Below are positions 9,493-22,361 of a stretch of DNA of 64,000 nt, piece after piece (the stretch's first letter is position 1; each line of letters starts with the position of its first letter). The notes below the pieces were generated by a model, which worked only from the letters and a program-made list of their open reading frames with translations, did not search any database and was not told the DNA's origin. Where the stretch lies: assembly GCA_002347265.1 (NCBI GenBank), contig DDYB01000032.1, positions 86,850-150,849 on the forward strand. The letters are read 5' to 3'. Made by a program: the position numbers and the translations under genes. Source of the stretch: Desulfobacteraceae bacterium UBA2245. Lineage in GTDB: Bacteria > Desulfobacterota > Desulfobacteria > Desulfobacterales > UBA2245.

Positions 9493-11682
9493 CTATCCCA
9501 AACCCAAAAGCAGCCCGCCCTGATAGACAAAAAAAGCGGCCAGCCACGCAATTCCGGTACTGTAGGCAATACTGAACGCCGTCCACTTGAACGAATTGGT
9601 CTCTTTTCGAATGGTGGTTACCGTAGCCAGGCACGGCAGATAAAGCAATACAAAAACCATCATGGAAAGCGCGGACAGAACCGTCATCCCTGAATTTTTT
9701 AACGCATGCTGCAAGGCCTCGGCAGACCTGCTTTCCACCGCATATAAAATCCCCAGGGTGCTGACAACAATTTCCTTCGCCACAAAACCGGTCATCAGCG
9801 CGATGCTTCCCCGCCAATCAATCCCGATCGGAGCAAAAACCGGTTCAATTCCTTTGCCGATCCGCCCCATATAGGATTTTTCGGCTATTTCAGCCTTTTT
9901 AGCGGCCAGCAGAACACTCAGTTCAGCCTCCAGGTTCGCGGCAAGCTCCTTTTGCCGCTGAGGATCCGCCGCTACAATCTCGCGCTCGAAATAATCCGAA
10001 ATACTGTGAATTTGCCCATCATAATCCCTTGAATATTCGATGTTCCGGGGGAAGGCCGAAAGAGACCAAACCACGATGGAACCGACCAGAATCACCCCCC
10101 CCATCTTTTTCAGAAACATCTTGCCTCGGTCCCACATGTGAATCATCAGGCTCTTGAGCATGGGAATCCGATAGGGAGGAAGCTCCATCACAAAGGGAGC
10201 ATCCTGGCCCCTCAAAAGGGTGGATCGAAACAGCCGGCCGGAAACAACAGCCATAACGATTCCCAGCAGATAAATGGAAAAAATCACGGTTCCGGCCTTG
10301 GCGGCAAAAAATGTCCCTGCCAGTACGATATAAATCGGCAGGCGGGCCGAACACGACATGAAGGGCGTGATCAAAATGGTCAGTATCCGGTCCTTTTCGC
10401 TTTCCAGGGTACGAGAGGCCATGATGGCCGGCACGCTGCATCCGAATCCCATCAGCATGGGAATAAAGGACTTTCCGTGCAGACCGATCAGGTGCATGAC
10501 CCTGTCCATGAGAAAAGCGGCCCTGGCCATATATCCCGTATCCTCGAAAAGCGCGATGCAGAAGAAGAGCAACAGGATGTTGGGTAAAAATACGACCACG
10601 CTTCCCACGCCGGCGATAATTCCGTCGAGTAAGAGCTCCTTGAAAAGACTGTCGGAAAGGGCTGCATTCAAAGACGCAGACAGCAGCCCCACGCCGCTTT
10701 CGATCCATGCCTTGGGATAGTCTCCAACCGTAAAGGTCAGCTGGAACATGGCCCAGATAAACAGGATGAAAATCGGAAAGCCGAAAAACCGATTGGTCAG
10801 CACCAGATCGATATTTCGGGATATATCCACGCGCTGCTGCGTGGTAGTGGTCAGAACCTCCTTGACGATACCGGCGATAAAACCAAAGCGTTCGTCGGTC
10901 AGCAGGATTTCGGGCTCATCGTTGAACTGGTCCGTCAATTGTTTTCTCAGCCTCTCGGCCGTATCCAGAATCCGCCTGCTGCCATTTTCCAGCTTTTCCA
11001 GGACCCGCTCCCGTATCACCTCGTCGTTTTCCAGAAGCTTGATCGCCGTCCATCGGGCATGATACGGGAATGCGGCGGTGGTGTGCTCCTGGATTTCGGC
11101 CTGAAGCTTCCCGATGGCATCCTCGATATCGGCGCTGTATCGGACTCGGCGGTTCACAACTATCGGGGTTTCTGATTCCGCAAGTTCCACGGCGGTCTTC
11201 AGCAGATTTTCCATGCCTTCTTTCTTGTTGCCGACCGTAAATACCACCGGAACATCGAGAAGTTCGGAAAGTTTCTGTGCGTCGATCTTGATTCCCCGTC
11301 TGCGCGCCAGATCGGCCATGTTCAAAACAAACACAACCTTGCAGTTGATTTCCCTCAGCTGAACGGCCAGATAAAGACTGCGCTCAAGGTTGGAAGCATC
11401 GATGATATCCACGACCACATCGGGAGATTCATTGAGCACGAAATCCCGGGCCACGATCTCTTCGATGGAATACGGGGTCAGACTGTAGGTTCCCGGTAAA
11501 TCCACGATCACCAACTCATGGCCAAACCCGCGGATAGTCCCCTCTTTTTTTTCAACGGTGACCCCAGGCCAGTTGCCCACCTTCTGCCGGGTTCCCGTGA
11601 GGTTGTTGAATACGGTCGTCTTACCAGAATTAGGATTTCCAGCCAGTGCGATGGTGATGGATTTTTCAGTTACAGCGCTCAT
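9493..11682 (-). CDS. feoB: Ferrous iron transporter B
   Basis: G1 GNPNSGKT, VGNWPGVTVE, DLPGTYSL, gate motifs GFGCSVPA and PFMSCSARLP, LYLPCLAT. Confidence 0.97.
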   Translation of the reverse strand: MSAVTEKSITIALAGNPNSGKTTVFNNLTGTRQKVGNWPGVTVEKKEGTIRGFGHELVIVDLPGTYSLTPYSIEEIVARDFVLNESPDVVVDIIDASNLERSLYLAVQLREINCKVVFVLNMADLARRRGIKIDAQKLSELLDVPVVFTVGNKKEGMENLLKTAVELAESETPIVVNRRVRYSADIEDAIGKLQAEIQEHTTAAFPYHARWTAIKLLENDEVIRERVLEKLENGSRRILDTAERLRKQLTDQFNDEPEILLTDERFGFIAGIVKEVLTTTTQQRVDISRNIDLVLTNRFFGFPIFILFIWAMFQLTFTVGDYPKAWIESGVGLLSASLNAALSDSLFKELLLDGIIAGVGSVVVFLPNILLLFFCIALFEDTGYMARAAFLMDRVMHLIGLHGKSFIPMLMGFGCSVPAIMASRTLESEKDRILTILITPFMSCSARLPIYIVLAGTFFAAKAGTVIFSIYLLGIVMAVVSGRLFRSTLLRGQDAPFVMELPPYRIPMLKSLMIHMWDRGKMFLKKMGGVILVGSIVVWSLSAFPRNIEYSRDYDGQIHSISDYFEREIVAADPQRQKELAANLEAELSVLLAAKKAEIAEKSYMGRIGKGIEPVFAPIGIDWRGSIALMTGFVAKEIVVSTLGILYAVESRSAEALQHALKNSGMTVLSALSMMVFVLLYLPCLATVTTIRKETNSFKWTAFSIAYSTGIAWLAAFFVYQGGLLLGLG

Positions 11683-11777
11683 GGGTGAACCCGAAAAGGC
11701 TTTTTGATGTCTTTTGACGCCGATTTGTTTAAAACATACTGCATGCCGCGGGCTGTTTTCGACGTCAATTTATGGAT

Positions 11778-12011
11778 TTATTCGATCAACTCGACAGTGA
11801 TATGATGGGCTTCCTCAACACGAAGGGAGATATGATATCCTTTGACAATCAACTCCACGGGGTCTTTGAGCGGAGCGTATTTTTCCACATAAATTTCCGT
11901 TCCCTTCTGAAGACCCATTTCCAGAAGCCTTCTTCTCAGAGCCCCGGTAGAACCCACATGAACGATTCTTGCCCTGCTGCCTTCCCTCATTCCACTTAAA
12001 GTCAATTCCAT
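11778..12011 (-). CDS. feoA: Ferrous iron transport protein A
   Basis: RRRLLEMGLQKGTEI.V...APLKDPVEL.VKGY.ISLR; directly upstream of feoB. Confidence 0.95.
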   Translation of the reverse strand: MELTLSGMREGSRARIVHVGSTGALRRRLLEMGLQKGTEIYVEKYAPLKDPVELIVKGYHISLRVEEAHHITVELIE

Positions 12012-12029
12012 GTTGTTCCACGTTCTGAA

Positions 12030-12707
12030 TTATTGGACCGCTTCCACCTGTATTTTCTCAGCAAGCCCTCTTCCAAGCGCAAACCGCGTTCGGTCTGCGG
12101 CGATAACCACCTGGCCCTTGCTCGAATTGGTAATCACCTCGATTTCATCCCCCACCCGCAATCCCATCGCGCTCAGTCGGACGCGCGTCGTCGTACCTCC
12201 GGTAAATTCCCTGATAATCAGGCGCTGGCCCTGTTTGGCCATCACCAGAGAAATGGATGCTTGTTGTTTGGGAAAACACTGGGAACAAAGTCCGTACAGC
12301 TCCATCTTGTGCTGAAGAATATGAAAACCGTGCCGCCCGGAAATGCGGATCTGAAGCGCCTCCATGTCGGAATCCTCAAACTCGAGAATCCGGTCGCACT
12401 TGATGCAAATCATATGATCGTGATGCTGGCCAAGATGTCTGTGTTCATATCGAACCAGGCCATTATTGAAGCGGTTCTGCTGCGCAAATCCGAAATAACA
12501 CATTAGATCAAGGGTTTGCTTGACGAAGCTTTCTTCAAAATCAACCCCCTTGTCCTTAAGAACCCCAATGAACTCTTCAAGGGTAACATGGTTTTCTATT
12601 TGCAGAAAAACATCGAGGATTCTGTAGCGATCTTCAAAATTATCCAGCTTTTCCTGCAGGAAAAGCTGCTTGAACTGTTCTTTTTCCTGTTGGTGAATCT
12701 GCTTCAT
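12030..12707 (-). CDS. Fur-family metalloregulator fused to C-terminal FeoA domain
   Basis: Fur core HHDHMICIKC...LYGLCSQC, then FeoA-like RVRLSAMGLRVGDEIEV...RFALGRGLAEKIQV. Confidence 0.85.
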   Translation of the reverse strand: MKQIHQQEKEQFKQLFLQEKLDNFEDRYRILDVFLQIENHVTLEEFIGVLKDKGVDFEESFVKQTLDLMCYFGFAQQNRFNNGLVRYEHRHLGQHHDHMICIKCDRILEFEDSDMEALQIRISGRHGFHILQHKMELYGLCSQCFPKQQASISLVMAKQGQRLIIREFTGGTTTRVRLSAMGLRVGDEIEVITNSSKGQVVIAADRTRFALGRGLAEKIQVEAVQ

Positions 12708-12834
12708 GAAGGTATCCTGTTGTTTAAAACTTTTATGAAATAATGCGAAACCATGAAATTGTCAACCAATCAGGTCAAAACAAGTTGAATACGGTATATT
12801 GAAACAAGCTTTGGATCCTTGCCGGCCGAATCCG

Positions 12835-12869
12835 AATAAAAAATCCCGGCCTGCTGTGCGCCGGGATTT
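12835..12869 (-). terminator. Rho-independent terminator after gyrB
   Basis: 10-bp stem AAATCCCGGC/GCCGGGATTT next to an A-run (U-run on minus strand); outer ATCCGAATA/TATTCGGAT pairing extends it. Confidence 0.75.
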
Positions 12870-12901
12870 CAAGTATTCGGATTAAAAAAAGAATATACAG
12901 A

Positions 12902-16416
<3,515 letters not shown>

Positions 16417-16449
16417 ACGTCAATCTCTTTAAAAAATTTAAACCTCTGG

Positions 16450-16986
16450 TTATTTTCGCTCGCTGGAGCGGATCCATTTCTGAATGTCTGGAACGATGTT
16501 CGTGCTCCATGCTTCTGAAATTCTCAAACGGATGAATCGGTTAAAAGTTTTGTCTAAAAACGAGAACAGCTTTTCATAAAGATACCCCTTTTCCAGGATG
16601 GCGCCTTCAATATCCTCCTTTTTTTCGATCGGGGCTGTATCCGGTGTTTTAAGATTGGAAATTCCAAGACTTTCTCCTTTTAAGCAAAAACGCCAGATCT
16701 GTTCTTCGGATTTGTAAGATAGGTTGATTTCGGTAACAACGGCCCCTTTTTGAAGCGCCATATATGCTTCTTCAAGTCCGGCATCATCTCCTTTGATGGT
16801 GATGGTTTCAACTGTATGCGTCAGATGGTTCTGCAGAACCAGGCGGTTTCCGATTTCAACCAGTGCGCCGGGACTCTCCGAGTCGCTCAAAATATCTTTA
16901 TCATTTTCTATAACATACCATAACCACGTAAGAAATTCATATCCAATAAACTTATAACGATTGTAGGACACCGAAACATCAAGCAT
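16450..16986 (-). CDS. Conserved protein resembling the C-terminal half of RdgC
   Basis: FIGYEFLTWLW start motif. EAYMALQKGAVVTEINL resembles the RdgC C-terminal EI..HL.AGK.VTKLAL motif. Lies 4 bp downstream of the RdgC-like gene. Confidence 0.6.
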   Translation of the reverse strand: MLDVSVSYNRYKFIGYEFLTWLWYVIENDKDILSDSESPGALVEIGNRLVLQNHLTHTVETITIKGDDAGLEEAYMALQKGAVVTEINLSYKSEEQIWRFCLKGESLGISNLKTPDTAPIEKKEDIEGAILEKGYLYEKLFSFLDKTFNRFIRLRISEAWSTNIVPDIQKWIRSSERK

Positions 16987-16990
16987 TTAT

Positions 16991-17605
16991 CTACCCCGCA
17001 AACCGGGTCGGCGTCAGCCGGGAAAGTGTGTCGCGCTGAACGGCCTCAAGACCGCAAAGCAGGTCCGCCATGGTGAAGGGAAAGTAACGGATTAAACTCA
17101 GGTTGAATGATTTAAAAAACAGGGTTTCAAATGCTTCGCAGGCGGTCTTCTGGTGGGTGAACAACCAAACCGATTCCTGTTCGTGGCTCCAGATCGCGTC
17201 ATAAACATTCGGCGTTGCCGGAATGCGCAAGGTAAGCGTTCGGATTACCTGATCCTTGATTTCTTTTTTTTCATTTCGGCTCAGAAAGGTCTTTAAATTT
17301 TTAGCAAGCCTTTTGGCGCTCTCTATTGCGAAGTTTTTTTGAACTACCTTGGCTGGAATGCTTTTTTTATCCATCCGCATGGAGAAAATCAGGTAAGGTC
17401 CTACAATCAAAGAGGATGATTCGAATTTCGGCTGAAAAGGATCGTCAAAGTCTGTCCACCCGACCACTGTGTTTGCATCTTCGCCGTCAACATCTTGAAT
17501 GACGTTTTTTTTCAAACCGGAGGTGATCGTTTCAATGACCGGATTCTGAATCCGGCCGTTGACTTTGTAGCGGGTCACAGAAACACTGGATGAAAGAAGT
17601 CCCAT
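16991..17605 (-). CDS. rdgC: Recombination-associated RdgC-like protein (N-terminal-half type)
   Basis: Start reassigned to MGLLSSSVSVTRY (ATG 17605). GWTDFDD, FSMRMDKKSIPAKVV, LSRNEKKEIKDQV..L match the RdgC N-terminal region. Confidence 0.7.
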   Translation of the reverse strand: MGLLSSSVSVTRYKVNGRIQNPVIETITSGLKKNVIQDVDGEDANTVVGWTDFDDPFQPKFESSSLIVGPYLIFSMRMDKKSIPAKVVQKNFAIESAKRLAKNLKTFLSRNEKKEIKDQVIRTLTLRIPATPNVYDAIWSHEQESVWLFTHQKTACEAFETLFFKSFNLSLIRYFPFTMADLLCGLEAVQRDTLSRLTPTRFAG

Positions 17606-17964
17606 TACCGAAAAGATTCCAATTCGCAAAATATTGTATATAATAAGAAAAAAGTTAAATATATATAGTCTCTTTGATTGTGGATTACAAGAAAATTTTC
17701 CTTTAATCCCTTTCGAAGGGCTGATATTAAAAGTTTTAATTAATTCTAATAATCTTAAAAAAAAAATCATACTAATAAATGATGTCAACAATTCTGACAA
17801 ACCAGCAAGGCACTGAATTATTAAAACAAAACAAGAAAAAAAATGTTTATAATCCTGTTTCTAAACTGTCTAAAGCCGTTGATATCCGTTAAGGATTGTT
17901 TGGTCTTGTCGATAATTCGCTGCTTATGAACAAGTTTTCAACTCAATTTTGACGACGCATCAAT
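17606..17964. other. Putative chromosomal replication origin (oriC)
   Basis: About 20-30% GC by hand count. DnaA-box-like 9-mers at 17635, 17679, 17844, 17907, 17924. Upstream of the dnaN-gyrB operon, divergent gene orientation, parS 1.3 kb away. Confidence 0.7.
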
Positions 17965-20900
17965 ATGGAATTCATTGCAGATCTACACGTGCATTCGTGC
18001 CATTCCCGGGCAACCGCCAAAGATCTTAATCTGGAAAACCTTTATATTGCCGCTCAGATCAAGGGAATTACCGTCGTCGGCACCGGAGATTTTACCCACC
18101 CGGCCTGGTTTTCCGAAATAGAGAAAAAACTTGAGCCGGCCGAAGAAGGCTTGTTCAAGCTTAAAGAAGAAATCGTCCGCATATGTGATCCGCGGGTTCC
18201 GGAGGGGCGGCGAAGACCGGTAAGATTTCTGTTATCTACCGAAATATCAAATATTTATAAAAAAAATGACCGGGTAAGAAAAAATCACAATCTCGTTTTC
18301 ATGCCGGATCTGGAATCGGCGCGAAGCTTCTCTCAGAAGCTTTCCAGAATCGGCAACATCGTATCCGACGGCAGGCCTATTCTGGGGTTGGACGCCAGAG
18401 ATCTTCTTGAAATCGTTATTGAGACCAGTGATCAGGGATTTCTGATTCCGGCCCACATCTGGACGCCCTGGTTTTCAATGTTGGGATCTAAATCCGGATT
18501 TGATTCGGTAAAGGACTGTTTCGGGGATCTGATTTCCTATATTTTTGCGGTTGAAACCGGGCTTTCGTCGGATCCGGCCATGAACTGGCGTGTGTCGGAA
18601 CTGGATGGGCTCACGCTGGTTTCGAATTCCGACGCTCATTCTCCTTCCAAACTGGGTCGGGAAGCCAATCTCTTTGATGCCGGGCTTTCTTATTCAGATA
18701 TTTTCGAGTCCTTAAAAACCGGCAAAAATTTTTGCGGGACTCTGGAATTTTATCCGGAAGAGGGTAAATATCATCTGGACGGACACAGAAATTGCGATGT
18801 TCGGCTTTGGCCCAAAAAAACAGCGGAGCTTGATGGAATCTGTCCGGTATGCCGGAAACCGTTGACCCTCGGTGTGCTGCACCGCGTGGAGGAACTGGCG
18901 GATCACGAGGATGGCCGCAAGCCTGAAAGGCATCATCCCTTTTATTCACTGGCGCCGCTTTGTGATATCTTGTCCGAAATATTCAAAGTGGGTTCCGGAT
19001 CCAAAAAGGTGCAGAACGCCTACCAGAAGATCATTTCAGACACAGGATCGGAATTGGATGTTTTGCTCAAAATTCCCATCGATCAATTGAACAGAAGCTC
19101 CATCCCGCTTTTAGGAGAAGCGGTCAGAAGAATGCGGGAAAAAGAACTGTCGATTCTGCCCGGCTATGATGGATTTTATGGGAAAATATGTATTTTTGAA
19201 CCCGGTGAACGCGAAAAAATTTTAGGCCAGCGCACCTTGTTCTCAATGGCTGGTTTGCCAGTTCAAAAAGATGCAAATGTTTCACGTGAAATCAAAAAAC
19301 CCGCATCGAAGGCTTGTGATCCGAAAAAAGAAATTTCTATCCTGACTCAGCGATTAAAATCCGAAGATCTTAATGAAGACCAAAGAGCGGCCGTCATGTG
19401 CACCGACGGGCCCATGATTATCATTGCGGGACCTGGTACGGGAAAAACCCATACTCTGACCCGCAAGATCGCATATATGATTCAGGAAAAGGATGTTCCC
19501 GCAAAAAACATACTGGCCGTGACCTTTACCAATCAGGCCGCCGGAGAAATGAAAGACAGACTCCGAAGATTGCTTCCGGATGCCTCGATGCTTCCTTTGA
19601 CCGGCACGTTTCATTCGCTTGCCTATCGGATGATTCAGGATACCTGTCCCGATTTTGTTCTGGTTGAGGAGGTGGATCGTAAGACCCTGGTTCGGGAGGC
19701 GATGGAGCGGTTTGAAAATCAGGGAGTTGCAAAGAGTCTCGAATCCGCGGACCGGATGCTTGAAGCCCTGGTTCTGGCCAAACAGAGCCTGCTGGGGCCG
19801 GAAGACGTGCTGTCAGATCTTTTTCCGGAAAATGAATGTTCGATGATTTCCGAGGTGTATCGGCAGTATGAACATCTTTTATGCCTGAATCGTCTCATGG
19901 ATTATGAAGATCTGGTGTTTAAGGCGGTCAGGCGTTTTGAAAACGAGCCGGACTTTTTAAAGACCTGTCAGAAAAGGTTTTCCTGTGTATTTGTGGACGA
20001 ATATCAGGATGTTAACTATGCGCAATACCGGTTTATTCAAGCGCTTTGTCCGGAAAATGCCAATATCACCGTGATCGGCGATCCGGATCAGGCCATTTAC
20101 GGGTTCAGAGGTTCGGATGTGCGTTATTTCGAGCGGTTTGCCGAGGATTATCCCTCGGCTCGCGTTGTTCGCCTGGGGCGGAATTATCGGTCCACTCAGA
20201 TTATTCTGGATGCCTCCCGGCAGGTGGTTCGGGCGGACGGAAAGGATGCGAACCTTCGTCTTTACTCGGGAATAAAGGGGTATCCGGCGATCGGCATTCT
20301 GGAATCACCCTCGGAAAAATCCGAGGCGGCGCTGATAGCAGGACTGATCGAAAAAACGGTGGGAGGCGCAGGTTATGATGCCGTGGATTTCGGAAGAATC
20401 GACGGCAATGAAACCGGCTCGCATATGGGATTTTCAGATTTTGCCGTATTGTACCGAACCGGGCGGCAAAGCCGGATTCTGGAGGAGTTTTTTAATCAGC
20501 GCGGAATTCCCTGTCAGGTGGTCAGCCGGGAAAAACTGTTTGACGACAGACAGGTTCGAAATCTGATTTCTTTTTTAAAAATTCTTGAGGGATGTGCGGC
20601 ATATACGGATTTCGATCGACTGATTTCAGAAAAGCTGGTTTCCGTGGGATCCGGAATATCCGGTTTGTTTAAACACTGGGCCTATTGCCGCCACCTGAAA
20701 TTTAACGAGGCCCTGACAAAAGCAAAACGGTTTCCGATTCCGGATATGACCCGGAAGGATCAGATGCGACTCTGTGAATGGTTTGAAGCTCTGGAGCGGA
20801 TGCAAAACGATATGTCCGGAAAGGTTCTGGAGGAAAAGCTGAATTTTCTGGTCCAGCATCTTCAATGGAATCGAATGGATCCGAACGGATTTCCGGAAAT

Positions 20901-21327
20901 ATTCAAAAGGCTGTTGGAAATTTCGCGCTCCCATGCACTGGATGTGCCTGGGTTTCTGGTCCACATGGGGCTTCAGAAGGATCCGGACACCTTTGACAAG
21001 CGCGCACAGAAGGTGACTCTGATGACCATGCATTCGGCAAAAGGGCTTGAATTTCCCGTTGTTTTTGTGACCGGATGCGAATCCGGCCTGATTCCCTTTG
21101 ACCGATCAGATGTCGAAGAAGAGCGCCGTTTGTTTTATGTGTCCATGACGCGGGCCCGCGAGCGGCTTTATCTTTCCTGCGCCGGCAGACGCCGGGTAAA
21201 TGGGGTGGTGGTTTCCAGAGAGCCGTCCCCCTTTCTATGCCGGATAGAGACGCATTTAAAACAGACAGCGTCTTTCTCGGGACGCAAAAAGGCAGATGCC
21301 GGTCCCATGCAGCTCAATCTGTTTTGA
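17965..21327 (+). CDS. Endonuclease Q-like PHP domain fused to UvrD/PcrA SF1 helicase
   Basis: N-term ADLHVHSCHSRAT, GTGDFTHP, PAHIWTPWFS, SNSDAHSP, EEGKYHLDGHRNC, CPVC. C-term AGPGTGKT, VDEYQD, GDPDQAIYGFRG, TMHSAKGLEF, EERRLFYVSMTRA. Confidence 0.92.
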   Translation: MEFIADLHVHSCHSRATAKDLNLENLYIAAQIKGITVVGTGDFTHPAWFSEIEKKLEPAEEGLFKLKEEIVRICDPRVPEGRRRPVRFLLSTEISNIYKKNDRVRKNHNLVFMPDLESARSFSQKLSRIGNIVSDGRPILGLDARDLLEIVIETSDQGFLIPAHIWTPWFSMLGSKSGFDSVKDCFGDLISYIFAVETGLSSDPAMNWRVSELDGLTLVSNSDAHSPSKLGREANLFDAGLSYSDIFESLKTGKNFCGTLEFYPEEGKYHLDGHRNCDVRLWPKKTAELDGICPVCRKPLTLGVLHRVEELADHEDGRKPERHHPFYSLAPLCDILSEIFKVGSGSKKVQNAYQKIISDTGSELDVLLKIPIDQLNRSSIPLLGEAVRRMREKELSILPGYDGFYGKICIFEPGEREKILGQRTLFSMAGLPVQKDANVSREIKKPASKACDPKKEISILTQRLKSEDLNEDQRAAVMCTDGPMIIIAGPGTGKTHTLTRKIAYMIQEKDVPAKNILAVTFTNQAAGEMKDRLRRLLPDASMLPLTGTFHSLAYRMIQDTCPDFVLVEEVDRKTLVREAMERFENQGVAKSLESADRMLEALVLAKQSLLGPEDVLSDLFPENECSMISEVYRQYEHLLCLNRLMDYEDLVFKAVRRFENEPDFLKTCQKRFSCVFVDEYQDVNYAQYRFIQALCPENANITVIGDPDQAIYGFRGSDVRYFERFAEDYPSARVVRLGRNYRSTQIILDASRQVVRADGKDANLRLYSGIKGYPAIGILESPSEKSEAALIAGLIEKTVGGAGYDAVDFGRIDGNETGSHMGFSDFAVLYRTGRQSRILEEFFNQRGIPCQVVSREKLFDDRQVRNLISFLKILEGCAAYTDFDRLISEKLVSVGSGISGLFKHWAYCRHLKFNEALTKAKRFPIPDMTRKDQMRLCEWFEALERMQNDMSGKVLEEKLNFLVQHLQWNRMDPNGFPEIFKRLLEISRSHALDVPGFLVHMGLQKDPDTFDKRAQKVTLMTMHSAKGLEFPVVFVTGCESGLIPFDRSDVEEERRLFYVSMTRARERLYLSCAGRRRVNGVVVSREPSPFLCRIETHLKQTASFSGRKKADAGPMQLNLF
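19278..19293. promoter_or_regulatory. parS centromere-like site
   Basis: TGTTTCACGTGAAATC, a 14/16 match to consensus TGTTTCACGTGAAACA, within the EndoQ-UvrD linker. Confidence 0.75.
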
Positions 21328-21380
21328 AGATCGAACGGTGAAAAAATAACTGCACGATGCCAAAAGAAAGGAACGGCAAT

Positions 21381-21767
21381 ATGGCTGAAACACTGATGGG
21401 GTCTCACAGTCTTTCCAATGGCCTTGTTCTTGAAATTTTTGATGGATCGCGTAAAATTGCAGCGGATCGCTGGCAGATTTTGATTAAAACACGAATTCGA
21501 ATTCCGATTTCCGATGGTTTGCTCGGGGAAGATACCGAAAAAATTAGAAAAGCTTTGGGTGCATCCGTTGTTTTTGAAAAAAAAGAGGTTCGAAATTTTA
21601 TTGATGAAAATCAAAAGGATGATATTGTTAACTCAATATGCGAGGTTATCAAAGCATACGGTCTTTCTTATTATGCCCACCCCCAATTCGGGTTGCGGTA
21701 TGTTTTGAAAGCTTACCGGGAGTATGAAAGTGCGGCCATTCGAAATTCCAGAGTATCCTATGAATAG
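21381..21767 (+). CDS. Hypothetical protein
   Basis: 128-aa ORF with AAAGGA upstream of ATG 21381; fills the gap between helicase and Slt genes; no motif recognised. Confidence 0.7.
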   Translation: MAETLMGSHSLSNGLVLEIFDGSRKIAADRWQILIKTRIRIPISDGLLGEDTEKIRKALGASVVFEKKEVRNFIDENQKDDIVNSICEVIKAYGLSYYAHPQFGLRYVLKAYREYESAAIRNSRVSYE

Positions 21768-22356
21768 AGCCATATTAATAACCGGAAGTTTTGTCTGGAT
21801 CGTTTTCTTTTCACTGATGGCGCTGTATGGAACCGCGCGGGCCGATATATATAAATATATCGACAGTCAGGGAGTGCTTCACTTTACCAATGCGCCTACC
21901 AATGGACGTCAATGGCGCGTGTATTTAAGGGAAAATACGGCCAGGGTCTCCGGCCGTGAAAAGAGGGTCATCAGTCTGTATGACGATCTGATCAACGAGG
22001 CGGCCGTAACGCATGGTGTGAAATTTTCCCTTTTAAAGGCCCTGATCAAGGTGGAATCGGATTTCAATCCCGATGCGTTATCACCCAAGGGTGCGATGGG
22101 TTTGACCCAGATCATGCCGGAAACGGCCAAAATCCTTCGGATTCAGGATCCTTTTGATCCATCGGAAAACATCATGGGGGGTGCGCGCTACCTCAAGCAG
22201 ATGATCGAGCGTTTCGGCGGAGAGCTTCACCTGGCTCTGGCTGCTTACAATGCCGGACCCAAGGCGGTAGAGCGTTATCAGCGGATTCCCCCCATTCCGG
22301 AAACCGAAAATTATGTCGAAAGGGTGATGCGTTACTATGATGCCTATCGACAATGA
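21760..22356 (+). CDS. Lytic transglycosylase (SLT domain) with N-terminal DUF4124-like segment
   Basis: Signal/TM, then ADIYKYIDSQGVLHFTNAP; catalytic IKVESDFNP, GAMGLTQIMPET, ALAAYNAGP, ETENYV. Confidence 0.9.
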   Translation: MNRAILITGSFVWIVFFSLMALYGTARADIYKYIDSQGVLHFTNAPTNGRQWRVYLRENTARVSGREKRVISLYDDLINEAAVTHGVKFSLLKALIKVESDFNPDALSPKGAMGLTQIMPETAKILRIQDPFDPSENIMGGARYLKQMIERFGGELHLALAAYNAGPKAVERYQRIPPIPETENYVERVMRYYDAYRQ

Positions 22357-22361
22357 CCCGG

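Noticed and set aside
12737-12765. Canonical Fur box over the fur-feoA promoter
   Set aside because: Only about 10/19 matches to GATAATGATAATCATTATC in AT-rich DNA; not supportable as a feature.
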